Below, in pieces: positions 38,974 to 50,540 of a stretch of 64,000 nt of DNA (its first letter is position 1; each line of letters starts with the position of its first letter). Source of the stretch: Macrostomum hystrix (lineage: Eukaryota; Animalia; Platyhelminthes); contig CATNEN010000005.1 in NCBI GenBank assembly GCA_950097015.1, positions 1,860,001-1,924,000 on the forward strand, given 5' to 3'. The translations under genes and the position numbers were made by a program. Below the pieces are notes generated by a model. It did not search any database, was not told where the DNA came from, and saw only the letters and a list, made by a program, of their open reading frames with translations.

Positions 38974-39055
38974 TCAGAAACGGAATGACTATCATAATAG
39001 TAGTGACCATTTTTACATTAATGACCATCAATTGGGGAAAGAAGTTTGTCATCAT
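38974..39055 (-). ncRNA. SNORD12: Box C/D snoRNA, SNORD12 family, copy in intron 3
   Basis: ATGATGA..CTTCTTTCCCC-AA-TTGA..TTCCGTTT-CTGA. Confidence 0.88.
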
Positions 39056-39254
39056 TAGACTGATCGGAAAATATAAATTGACACAATAGATAGTACTCAC
39101 TGGAAACTAGCAATGCAAATCGTTTTATATACTCGTAGTTGTAGTTCATTTTAGCAACCGATTTTTAACCTAAAATGGCAAATAACATCATATTAAATTG
39201 CAGCAGTCACACAAGACAAAAATATTATCGTAAAAAGGAGCACTAATTTTTATG

Positions 39255-39337
39255 TCAGAAACGGAATAACTATCATAAAAGTACCGATCATATTTCACTA
39301 AATGATCGATCAATTGGGGAAAGAAGTTTGTCATCAA
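39255..39337 (-). ncRNA. SNORD12: Box C/D snoRNA, SNORD12 family, copy in intron 2
   Basis: TTGATGA..CTTCTTTCCCC-AA-TTGA..TTCCGTTT-CTGA. Confidence 0.86.
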
Positions 39338-39544
39338 GCAATAAAGGCAGCTCATCTAAAGGATAACGAGATGAAGATTCGTATTTTGTATAGCTAGCTA
39401 GTATACTTACCAATATAATTAATAGTACACTTCAGTTTGGATCACATAACAACAGGACTCTAAAATGAGAATGCGTAAAAAATATAAGCAAAAATTATTT
39501 AATATTTGCCAGCATTTTCTAACGCAAATATGCAAATATGCTGA

Positions 39545-39636
39545 TCAGGAACGGAATGTTCAATCATAACAATTTATGGACTAGTACTTTAACATAGTCA
39601 ATAAGTTTTCATATGGGGAAAGAAGATTTTCATCAT
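39545..39636 (-). ncRNA. SNORD12: Box C/D snoRNA, SNORD12 family, longer and most divergent copy, in intron 1
   Basis: ATGATGA-AAAT-CTTCTTTCCCC-AT-ATGA..TTCCGTTC-CTGA; 92 nt. Confidence 0.84.
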
Positions 39637-39974
39637 AAGCGTTGTCAGTTTAATAATCTAGTGTTACGGTGCAGATAAGGTGATTTAGAAAGGCTTACCT
39701 TGTAAGAAGATTCGCTGACACAAGCTGAAAGATTGATAACACTTGAATGATTTACAAGCAGACTAACTAAATGTACCCTATAAGACCTTAAATCAAGACT
39801 CTTTGCTGAAAAAAGAAATAAAAAAGCAAACACCAACTGTTCTTTGTCCAAGGCGCAAAAGAGTGCAATTTCTTTCGCTTAGAGAAGCAGCACAGTCCCA
39901 CTAAAACTAGAATTTATTTTTGCAGTTAAACTGAGACGGCTCCTAAACATTTTAAAAAAATCCGTTATTCATCA

Positions 39975-40459
39975 TTAGGAGTTGGCGTTGGGTCCACGAC
40001 GCCTGCCGCCTGGCAAGTTAACGGTGGCCACAAAGCGCTTGTTATACTGATTACGACGCTTAGCCCTACCAGTCTTACTCTTGCGCTTCTCCTGTTTGGC
40101 CACTTTAGGCGTCTGGCCGCGCACTTTACCGGCGCGAGCCAAGGAGCCGTGTACTTTACCGCCGGGCAGTAGAGGAAGCACCTGAAGTTTTAGACAATTT
40201 ATAGATAAAATGCATTATTTTACTACTGATACTAGTAGTGTAAATGAATCTAACAGACCTGAAGCAAATCACAGCCGCTAGTTGCTAGGGACTCTTCATC
40301 TAGCAGGGCTGCACCAGATGAACCGAACACGCCCAATTGCAGAGGCGACAAGCCGCACTGGCTAGCGGCCCAGATTTTGAGTTCGGCCACAGACGAAACC
40401 TGATTAGTGACCTCAGCGTTGGTGACGCCATTTGGCAAAGTGACAATAACCGGTGCCAT
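39975..40459 (-). CDS. FAU: Ubiquitin-like FUBI / 40S ribosomal protein eS30 fusion, join(40459..40259,40181..39975), 135 aa
   Basis: GG|[24 protein letters not shown]...GPNANS; 77-nt GT-AG phase-0 intron; AATAAA at 39913-39918. Confidence 0.96.
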
Positions 40460-43400
40460 GATTGGTTAGTTAGGCTAGTGTTAGCTTTTGCTTGTAGAAA
40501 TATAGATGTAGTTGCGGTACTGCCTGCTGCTAACAGATGTCTGGGGCTGCTAAAGATTGAAGAGATGTGAAATAATTTGTGATTTTTCTGATTTATATAC
40601 ACAATAACTTTCTTCTTATTACACCAAAACATGGAGTTTCGAGTTAGTTTAGTTTGTTACCCAACTGTACTAACCCTTCCTAGATTCCATCTTTATACCT
40701 TGAATAAAAGCCAATTGTATTGTTATTAAGTACTTAAAAAACAAATGGGCTGTTTAGGCATTGTCACTAAAATTTACACTGCTACATCAATACTTCTCTA
40801 ACAAAATATCTAGCATTAAAAAATGACCTTTCTGTTTCTTTATATTTCTGTAAACATTGTGTACTATACTAGTTAGTTCATTTTGCTCTATGAAGTATAC
40901 AATTGTCTCTCGCACAAGGTCCTTCAGCTTGTTTCCATGGCAAGGGCACATAAAATTGGGTCATAGCTGTGAAGAGAAGCAGAATGTCATTCCTAGTAAT
41001 GGCTTTGATAGTCATGATGAACAAGCAGCCAAGTCATCCCTCATTGGTTGGCAGTTTCATGAGCAGAATGAAAGAAGAACCAGGCAACTGAGAATAGATC
41101 AGCTGGAAGAGGAAGAAGAAACCACGAGACTATACCAAAGGATAACTTCCACTTGTTTAACTGGTGTTACCTATGTGGCACACCCAGGACATAAACAGAA
41201 CCAAGAAATAAAACTAGCAAAGAACAGAAGGACAAAAGACTGCTCATAGAATAAGTGAATATTTCTGACAATAATTTGGAAAAATGTAACTAAATCTGCA
41301 AATAATAGTATAAGAATGTATTATGTTATTTTATTAATACATATTGCATAAAAAGACAATAAAAATAAGGAGCCTGATTGGGAAATAAAAATATATTACA
41401 AGAAACACACACACAAATGTGCAATATAAGTGAGCAATTGAGTGAGAAAGAATAATAATAAAAAAGGTATCTTGAGAAAGAACTGAGAATATGAGTTTTT
41501 AGAAGCTACGTATGTATACTTAACTAGCTAGCCAGGTCTGACTTAGCTACTGAATGCAAGGAAGTAATAAGTGGAATGTCAAATGTGCTGGCTAGTCAGA
41601 TTAAGGGCTCAAACCAGAAAAACATTTGCAAAGGTATAAAGAAAAAAGGGAAAGATATGATCAAAAGTGGAGATGATAAATTTTTTAGTCTGTTCCTGAG
41701 ATCTAGATTACTCAAATCTAAGAAAAGAATAGAATAATATTTGAGAAGAATCACTATTGTGAATTTTGATTGTGAAAGCTATTTTTTTCATTTCTTACAA
41801 GGAATTAGCTATTTAACACATCAGTTTACCTAAGAATTTCCTAAGAATAATAAAAAGAAATTGAAGGAGAAAGAGTACAAGAAAAAGTTAATTGTGCATA
41901 GGAATAATATTCTCTAATACCTGTTTCAAACACACAAAAGAAATTGCAATCAGCAGAAGAAACAAGAAAAGGAAGTCACAAATCTAGCCACATCACATAG
42001 TCAACAATTAAAAGAGGCCAGGCCACCATAAATTAAAATTAACAGAATGTACTATCATCAATGAAAAAGATGAATCTGAAGAAGACAGAATCTGATAGAG
42101 AGCTAACGTGCCAAATGAAGAATCCAAAGATGAAATATATGTAGAACAAGAAACATTCCCTGACTGACAATGAGGCAAGAATAATTGAATAAGTTAGAAC
42201 AGCCGAACAGGTAAAGGCAAACAATGAAATGGACAAGACCAAAGAAATAAACACGATTGACTGAGAGAGTAAACACCCAGGAAATAAACACACAAAAAGG
42301 AGAGAAATGTACAGGCAAAAGGAGCCCATGGCTATAATCTGAGACCACAAAGTGGCAAGGCCAAAAAATGAACAGTGGAGAGCCTACCCTAGGCCTAGGA
42401 AGAATAGTGTTACCTAATGCCCAGCCAGTTACTAATGGCTTTGTGCCTTGTGAGCGCTATAGGTGATATCTACCCTAATGATTTGGATAGGCCCTAACAA
42501 TGGAGAACAGTGGTAGGCCTAGCCTAGGCCCTAGTTGACTCTGATTGGCATTTAAATCAATGTTATTTAACTAAAATATGTTTGGGTCACTTATTACTTA
42601 AAACAAAAACATACAAATACTAAATAGTGGCATATTCTTCAACAAACCAATATCTGCCGCACAAGTTTCTACTTTGCTGGCTTTGCTATTGTCCCATTGA
42701 TTTAAGGGCATTGACTGATTGACTTAAGCGTTTATTGGTTGTGGCTGCAGGAGTAAAAAAGTTCCTTGTTTCTTGTTTTATTAAATAAATAAAAAATACC
42801 TTCCAGTCAAGAAATATTAGAGACAAAGAAACTGTCCCGGCGGCCATAAAGCGGCCAGACAACTATTAGGTGAGTGGCATGAGGAACGAGAGACATGCAA
42901 CCTGACACAAAAAGGAAATTAAAAGTTTAAGAAGATAAAGCCAGAAATTACACGCGCAAATTTTAAACAAGTAAGTATTATTAGACAAATTCAATTGCTA
43001 GAAATACAATTTTTATTAATAACTATCTATAACACAATTGCTATAACGCATTATATAATTTATTAATAAAAAAAATAAATCAAAAAACTATTTGTTTATT
43101 TACAATAAGACACGGCTTTGGCAAAGTTTAAAATTGTCGTAAACTGTGATTGCGACAATATTTGGGATTACGCCTTTAACTTTAGAAAAAGTTTATAAAG
43201 TTTATCACACAAGCCCTTTTACTTTAAAACCATGCTACTTAACTACTTCACTGAACTTTACAGCCACAGTGTTTTTTTAGTTGGTTCCTATCTAATTTAC
43301 CAATATTCCAATACATGTTAATTTTAATAGCTTTTATATACTACAGATAAATATTCTACAATTAAAATAATAAACAGAGGTGTATTATAGCTATAAGCAT

Positions 43401-45978
43401 TATGGAGCTGTGCCTGTGGTTAATGTTTAGAGCGTCGGACTCACAATTTGAAGTTGTGAGTCCGACGAATTGTGGAATCAGATTTACTCGTTTCCACAAT
43501 TTCTGTCACACTCAGCTCTACTTTCTGTTCACCCATACAGCTGTTAAAATATGGATGATCGTGCGGCTGACGTAACTGGTCATGAGGTTGGCGTCCCCCT
43601 ATGCAATTCCAGGGATTTCCAGGGAACAGCTGTACGAAGCCTACAGAGATGCACCGCACAAGGCGATCAAGGCGATGACTCATCGATCAAGTGTCCCGTA
43701 CGCTGCGCGTCACTGCTAATGATGCTAATCATTCTAACATACTAATCACAACAAGTCACGCGTCATGTGCTAATCGCAAGCTGCGGCTTCGCTGTCGGCT
43801 ACACGTCTGAGCCAATGTGGTCAGGTTGAAACATTGAATTAACTATAAGTTTGTTCGCTTATAATTAAATCATGACGTTAAATATTTCTGTCAACAAATC
43901 GCGCACATCATCAGTGTTGTCTGAATTTAAAGTACGCCCCCCGGCCTTTTGCTGGAAAAATGACAAGAATTACTGCATATCATATTGTTTGGCGCGCGAA
44001 GCATTTGAATAGTATGAAAAATCACGCGCCGTCGATTATTAACTAACGTGTCTTGAATCGCGTGCACTTTAACCATTACATGCATCGATCGCAAGTCTCG
44101 ACAAAAGTTTTCAAACATGCGATCATGTCCGAATCGACATTAAAAATGGTAATTACGAGCGAATTCTCGAGAGTGAATTTAACTGACGTAAACCTATAGC
44201 CTCATGCCATCCTCACGATATTTGAAAACAGCGTGCGATGGCTGCGATACTGACCAAAATTAAGCGTCAGTGTGAAACTAATGGAAACTTCAGCTGAAAT
44301 TTGTGAGCATTGCAAATGTTTTTTGTATAGCTGAACGCGCGAGATGCTTTTAGGCCCATTTAATTTAAAATAACTGTGAGTTTTTATATCATATATAGTG
44401 CAAACATCTCATGACCATCAGGCATGCAGTGCAAATAAAGTCGATAAAAAACGTTTCAGAAACAGGCAACTACATTGTAGTAAAATCATCTCAAATTCCA
44501 TCAGTGAATATTGGATGTTTAAATAGATGATGCAGTTGATGTGGACTGCAAACTCCTCAGTTTGTAGAGCTGCAGGTGGCTTAAAGTACAGTCCGTTAGG
44601 ATTACGACCTAGCTCGGTGGCAGGCTGAGTATCACCAGGCAATTTTGAACTTGACTGCGCAGCTACCTAAAACGGTGTCAAAGTCGGCGTCAGTTGGGCT
44701 GAACACAACAGTTTCATTTGAACGCGAACAGCTCGACCGAACGGCCAGGTGGGCGGGTGTAAGTCGCGAAGACTTATCAGAGAAAGAGACATTTTGTCTT
44801 TTTTAACGCAAGTAGGTTAACTCAAGGACCACAAGGAGTAGAAGGACGGGAAACTAAGTTTCTTAGAAAAAACCGAAGGCTGGTTTTCACGAAAAAATAC
44901 ACTTCGGAGATAGGACATTTCACATTTTTCCGATTTAAATGGTCACAGCTTTTGGTCGGAAGCAGATAAAAAGCTACTGTTTTGATATAACTTGCCTAAC
45001 ATGTTGCTATACACCGAATGTTATAAAGTTTTACTCATAAAAACTTTGTAAATTAGTACGAAGCCTGCACGAGAGCGGTTTAGTGTTGTGCCGGCCAAGC
45101 GCTCGTCCTTTTATTTCGGTCAACCGGGTGCACGGGTGCAGCTATCGATTGGCCGCAGCCCTGCACCCACAGATGTACATATCGTCAGTAACTGGTCAGG
45201 AAGGAGTTGCTCGTGTTTGCTGCATAGCCCGAGGTCTGCAGCCTCAAACTGATCGAGCTCGCGCGTTCTCCCTTCAGACCAACTCGAGGATCGTGAACTT
45301 CTGTAAACTGCTCCGACAATTGTGAGCTGCAGGCAATTCACACCAAATTGTGTGAAAAAATTTGCGAGCATTGTGACAATATTATATTTAATCCCTCTTT
45401 AATCCCTCCCTCTTATCCCTTTTACTCTTTTTTTACTTTTTTTACTCTTTTATCCCATAATACAATATTTGATATGTATATCGACATGCAGACAAAGCGT
45501 CAGCTAGTTAGTTAATCGATCCTTTTAACTTAAACGGACATGCATTTGATGGGGACAATTCACAATTGAAAGCATAAATTTGTGAGCCATGCAAATAAAA
45601 AACAGAAAGAATTTCATCCTGCGCTCTACAGAAAAGCTTACCTCGCTAATGCATGCAATGTGCAAAAGTTCCTGGTGAAGGTTCGAAATTTGGAAATGTA
45701 ATATGTAATCTTGCAAGCTTATTAACAAAAAGGGACTAATGAAATACTAAATATCGAGCATTTGAACTGCTCTTGCATTCGACATTCGACGATTAGTTTT
45801 AATTGCTGTTATAGCTTCAACAGAGGTTGGACTCTCGTTTTTGTAAACAAAAGCCTTTGTTTTTTAACGTTTTTAACTTATTTAAGGTTTTCGATTTACA
45901 CGTCGTTTTCAGTGACACTTAGGGTAGCTGTATCGTTGAGTAGTTTGGCATGATATAGAGATGCAATATAAAATCTCC

Positions 45979-47582
45979 TCATAAAATCATCATCTCGGCC
46001 TCCTTCAAAGAGTAGCTAGAACCAAACGGGTATTTCCAAACGACGCCATTGGGATTCGGTGTGTCCAGTGCAGCTGGCAGGTTGTAGTACAGACCGTTTA
46101 AGAAGCTCATGTAGCATTTGGTGAACCACCAGCCACCTTTGAAGTATTTGCTGCAGTCGCTGCTTGCACTGCCATCGTTGTCAGAATCCGTGGCGCTGAA
46201 CATTGCCGCGTTGTGCGAACCCAGTCCGTCATGCAGTGATGGATGGCTACCATGGAAACCAGAGACATTCAAGCGAAATTTATTGGCTTCATTGGCGACG
46301 AAGAAGCTGGAGTAGTTTGCCCAGAACTCCGTGTCATTCCACAGCCTCATTCGAATGCCAAGGACTCGACCAGAGGGCCAAGTGAGGGAGTGGATGTTTT
46401 GAAGACCTGTTGAATATGACGAAGACAGACAGATGGTATGAAATGTGGACTTTATAAATGCAAACATAAATACCTACCGATCCAGTGGTTGGTGTGGGGT
46501 CCTTCTCCGAAGCCAACTGCGTACTGGCTCCAGTTGCGATAGAAGCTTGTGGAATTGTCCACGCGACGTTGGATGCTGGTCCAGCAGCCACTGACTGACG
46601 TTACAAAGACCTATGGTGACATGGCCAACTAAAACCTTGCAAAGCTTGTTTTTATCTTGTTTTTATCTTGTTTTTATCTAGCTTTAAGAAGTAATAGCCA
46701 GAATGCTCACTTCTCAGGTACATTGCCACTTACCCGAGTGCAGCAAGGAGACTGATTAGTGCGGGTTGACAGTCTGCGACAGACAGCACCATTTCGACTA
46801 GCTGGAACGTGTTATTGTTAGTTGGTTATTAAGTTTTTGTTTTTTTTGTTGGTTGGTTGGTTGGTTGGTTAGTTGGTTGGTTAGTTGGTTGGTTGGTTGG
46901 TTGGTTGGTTGGTTGGTTGGTTGGTTAGTTGGTTGGTTGGTTGGTTGGTTGGTTGGTTAGTTGGTTGGTTGGTTGGTTTGTTGGTTGGTTGGTTGGTTGG
47001 TTGGTTAGTTGGTTGGTTGGTTGGTTGGTTGGTTGGTTGGTTGGTTAGTTGGTTGGTTGGTTGGTTGGTTGGTTGGTTAGTTGGTTGGTTGGTTGGTTGG
47101 TTGGTTGGTTGGTTGGTTGGTTGGTTGGTTGGTTGGTTGGTTGGTTGGTTGGTTGGTTGGTTGGTTGGTTGGTTGGTTGGTTAGTTGGTTGCTTAGTTGG
47201 TTGGTTGGTTGGTTAGTTGGTTGGTTGGTTGGTTGGTTGGTTGGTTAGTTGGTTGGTTGGTTGGCTGGTTGGTTGGTTGGTTGGTTGGTTGGTTGGTTGG
47301 TTGGTTGGTTGGTTTCCTATACATATTCCTTCACTCACCCACGATGCATTGCGGCCTCTCAGCTGAGTCACCAGCGATGAAGACCAGCAGCTGGTCGGTG
47401 AGCAGGTGCTTGGCAGCCAGCACAGCACACTCCAGCTGAGCTTCAAACGGGTCTGTTCGAGACAGTCTGAATTGTCGGACACGAAGACCACCATGCCAGC
47501 TGCTGCTGTGGACCTCGTACAGGTCAATTTTGAATGCGTCGATTGAAAATAGGAAAACGAGCTGAAGAAAGAGCTCGCGCAT
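45979..47582 (-). CDS. Secreted fibrinogen-related domain protein A, join(47582..47339,46801..46734,46610..46478,46406..45979), 290 aa
   Basis: Signal peptide; [67 protein letters not shown]. Splice phases sum to 873 nt. Confidence 0.9.
46848..47313 (+). repeat. (GGTT)n microsatellite in FReD A intron 1
   Basis: Directly visible. Confidence 0.98.
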
Positions 47583-48107
47583 TGCTGGATTCCTGGGCTT
47601 CAAATGTTTTCAGTCAAGTGAAATCCCAATGCCGTAGGCAAAGCTAATTCAATCCATCTCGGCTTTTACTCAGCGCACAACTTCACTTTCGCCATTTGCG
47701 GGCCCGTGAGCCAATCAGAAGTGCTGAGAGCTGTTTCTGTCCAGACTTTCGTGTATCTCAATTTTTAGCAGCTGGCAGTGAACAGAGTTTTACCTCATAC
47801 TGAGAAAATTATTCAATCCCCTAAAAACTATTTTACTATTTTATTTAATCTTGAGCAAACCTTAGTGTGTCACTCTCACCTGTCAATCATGAAGCTCTCA
47901 AGAAAGTCAAGAGTGATGGATTTAAAACTTGTCTAAGTGAAAATTTCCTCGCTGCCAGAACTGCAGAAGCGATCAATGTACTTCATTATTATTTTGTCGC
48001 AAGTCAGACAACACAACATCTCCTCACAGTCTTCTTGATCTGCAAGACGCATGCAAGACACGACAAGTGCATGCCAATTGATTTATTCTGTCACTGCATA
48101 AAATATG

Positions 48108-49292
48108 TCATTTAATCAGCATTTCACACTCTTTCATTGAGTAATGATAGCCAAACGGCGCATCCCATACAATACCCGTTGCATATTCAGCAGTTTTTAA
48201 AGCATTGGGTGGGTAATGATAAATTCCATTCGGGTTTGTGGTGTGGCACTGGTTGTACCACCAACCTCCTTGATATTTGACAGCGCAGCTTTCACCTGGG
48301 CTCATGTCATTGTCAGCATTGAAGGTAGAAAACATCATTCCATTGGAAATAACCATTGAGTCTCCAATAGCTGGATGGCTCGCAGAGAAGCCGCTAACGC
48401 TGAGTCGGAATTTTTCGGCCTCGCTGGCCACGGAGAAGCTGGAGTAGTCAGCCCAGAACTCCGTGCCATTCCACAGCCTCATTCGAATGCAAAGCGCTCG
48501 ACCAGACGGCCAGGTGAGAGAGAACAGTGCCTGCAAACCTGTGAAAAATTGAGCACTGCAGCTCAGGACTCAGTCAATGACCTCAGTGAGCATTGGATCT
48601 GGTTGAATTGAGGTCTCACCGATCCAGTGGTTGGTGTGGGGTCCGTCTCCGAAGCCCGCTGCGTACTCGCTCCAGTTGCGATAGAAGTCCGTGGAGTTGT
48701 CCACCCGACGTTGGACGCTGATCCAGCAGTTGCTGAGTGACGTCACGAACACCTAAATGATGCAGTGTGTTGTGGCTGAGTAAGAAACAGGCGAAACTCA
48801 GAATCACACTCGGGGAGTAGTCGGGGGAGAAGATTTGTTGAAGTAGTCTCAATGTTATTTCTACTCACCCGGATGCAGCACGGAGACTGCGGAGTTCGAG
48901 ATGTCAGTGTGCGGCACGGATTGCCGCCTTGCTTGGCTGAAAATAAAAAAGTGCTTACGCGCAATGTACGTGTTTTTAAAAGTACAATGTGAACTGCGAT
49001 ACCTGAAGCCGCACTCACCCAGGATGCACTGCGTCTGCTGAGTGGCGGCTCCTCCGATGAAGACCAGCAGCTGGTCAGTGAGCAGGTGCTTGGCAGCGAG
49101 TGCAGCGCACTCCAGCACATCGCTGGCTTGGCTGACGAAGGAGAGAGCGAACTGGCGGACTCGACCGTCACCCGACCAGCTGCTGCTGTGCACCTCGAAT
49201 AACTGCCTCGGATCAACGGTTCCATGAGCAATGTGTAGTAACTCCAGAATATGGAGTAGCACAGCCGCCAGTGTCGTGCATCCCAACCTCAT
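48108..49292 (-). CDS. Secreted fibrinogen-related domain protein B, join(49292..49019,48936..48869,48752..48620,48538..48108), 301 aa
   Basis: Signal peptide; [53 protein letters not shown]. Same intron positions as paralog A; 906 nt. Confidence 0.9.
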
Positions 49293-49609
49293 GATCACTA
49301 GCTTTTGTCAGTAAGTAAATTGCTCTAGCGTAATTCACTATGACTGAGTGTGTGTTTTTATTCTCGCTTCTAATCCTATTAGAAAGCCCATTAAAAACTG
49401 CTACTAAGCCCATTAGTTTCTAGTGTCGCTTGTCGATGAATTAGTTTTTTTCAATTGTGCAACTGTTTGCCATGTCCGATGCTTCTCATCCAATTTGTTT
49501 GCCAGCTGGCATTGTAATGCTGGCTATTCCTGGCTCTCAGATCTCGTATCAACGGTACTTGCCTTGCCGTCGATTGCGAGGCCCTACCTCAGGCGAGCGA
49601 CACTGAGGA

Positions 49610-50540
49610 AAAGAGTGGCCACAGAGGGTTTAGGAGTGGCCACCGAGGATTTGGGATGGCCACCGAGGATTTCAAAGTGGCTAGCCAAGATTTAGAAGGG
49701 ACAAGGAGGATTTGCAAGTGGCTACCTAGGATTCAAGAGTGGCTACCCAAGATTTGGGAGTGGCTACTCAGGATTTGGGAGTGGCCACCGATGACTTAGG
49801 AGTGGCCACCGATGATTTAGGAGTGGCCACCGATGATTTAGGAGTGGCCACCGATGACTTAGGAGTGGCCACCGATGATTTAGGAGTGGCCACCGATGAT
49901 TTAGGAGTGGCCACCGATGATTTAGGAGTGGCCACCGATGACTTAGGAGTGGCCACCGATGATTTAGGAGTGGCCACCGATGATTTAGGAGTGGCCACCG
50001 ATGATTTGGGAGTGGCCACCGAGGATTTGGGATGGCCACCGAGGATTTGGGATGGCCACCGAGGATTTGGGATGGCCACCGAGGATTTCAAAGTGGCTAC
50101 CCAAGATTTAGAAGGGACAAGGAGGATTTGCAAGTGGCTACCTAGGATTCGGGAGTGGCTACCCAAGATTTGGGAGTGGCTACCCAGGATTTGGGAGTGG
50201 CTACCCAGGATTTGGGAGTGGCTACCCAGGATTTGGGAGTGGCTACCCAGGATTTGGGAGTGGCTACCCATGATTTGGGAGTGGCCACCGAGGATTTGGG
50301 ATGGCCACCGAGGATTTGGGATGGCCACCGAGGATTTGGGATGGCCACCGAGGATTTCAAAGTGGCTACCCAAGATTTAGAAGGGACAAGGAGGATTTGC
50401 AAGTGGCTACCTAGGATTCGGGAGTGGCTACCCAAGATTTGGGAGTGGCTACCCAGGATTTGGGAGTGGCTACCCAGGATTTGGGAGTGGCTACTCAGGA
50501 TTTGGGAGTGGCTACCCAGGATTTGGGAGGGACACCGAGG
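49610..50540 (+). repeat. ~20-21 bp satellite (TTAGGAGTGGCCACCGATGAT and variants) with higher-order structure
   Basis: Visible units; a ~70-bp variant cassette recurs three times. Confidence 0.93.

Larger units (their letters stand above)
36940..39805 (-). ncRNA. Non-coding multi-exon snoRNA host gene. Exons ~39805..39699, 39459..39411, 39169..39101, 38894..38836, 38124(or 38141)..38067, 37826..37782, 37569..37526, 37292..37247, 37012..~36930
   Basis: Eight GTRAG/GTAAG donors and U-rich YAG acceptors, each intron holding one C/D snoRNA. Short AT-rich exons with no evident ORF. ATTAAA at ~36945-36950. Confidence 0.78.

Noticed and set aside
37106-39636. CRISPR-like appearance of the regularly spaced GGGGAAAGAAG repeats
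   Set aside because: Eukaryotic context, 200-600 nt spacers, no cas genes; explained by intronic C/D snoRNAs.
40182-40258. snoRNA in the FAU intron
   Set aside because: The intron is only 77 nt and lacks C/D or H/ACA boxes.
40857-42350. ORFs 40857..41249 and 42039..42350
   Set aside because: A-rich low-complexity sequence with no motifs; likely non-coding.
43405-43470. tRNA-Met/Val-like sequence
   Set aside because: Incomplete cloverleaf and degenerate B box; treated as a SINE head remnant.
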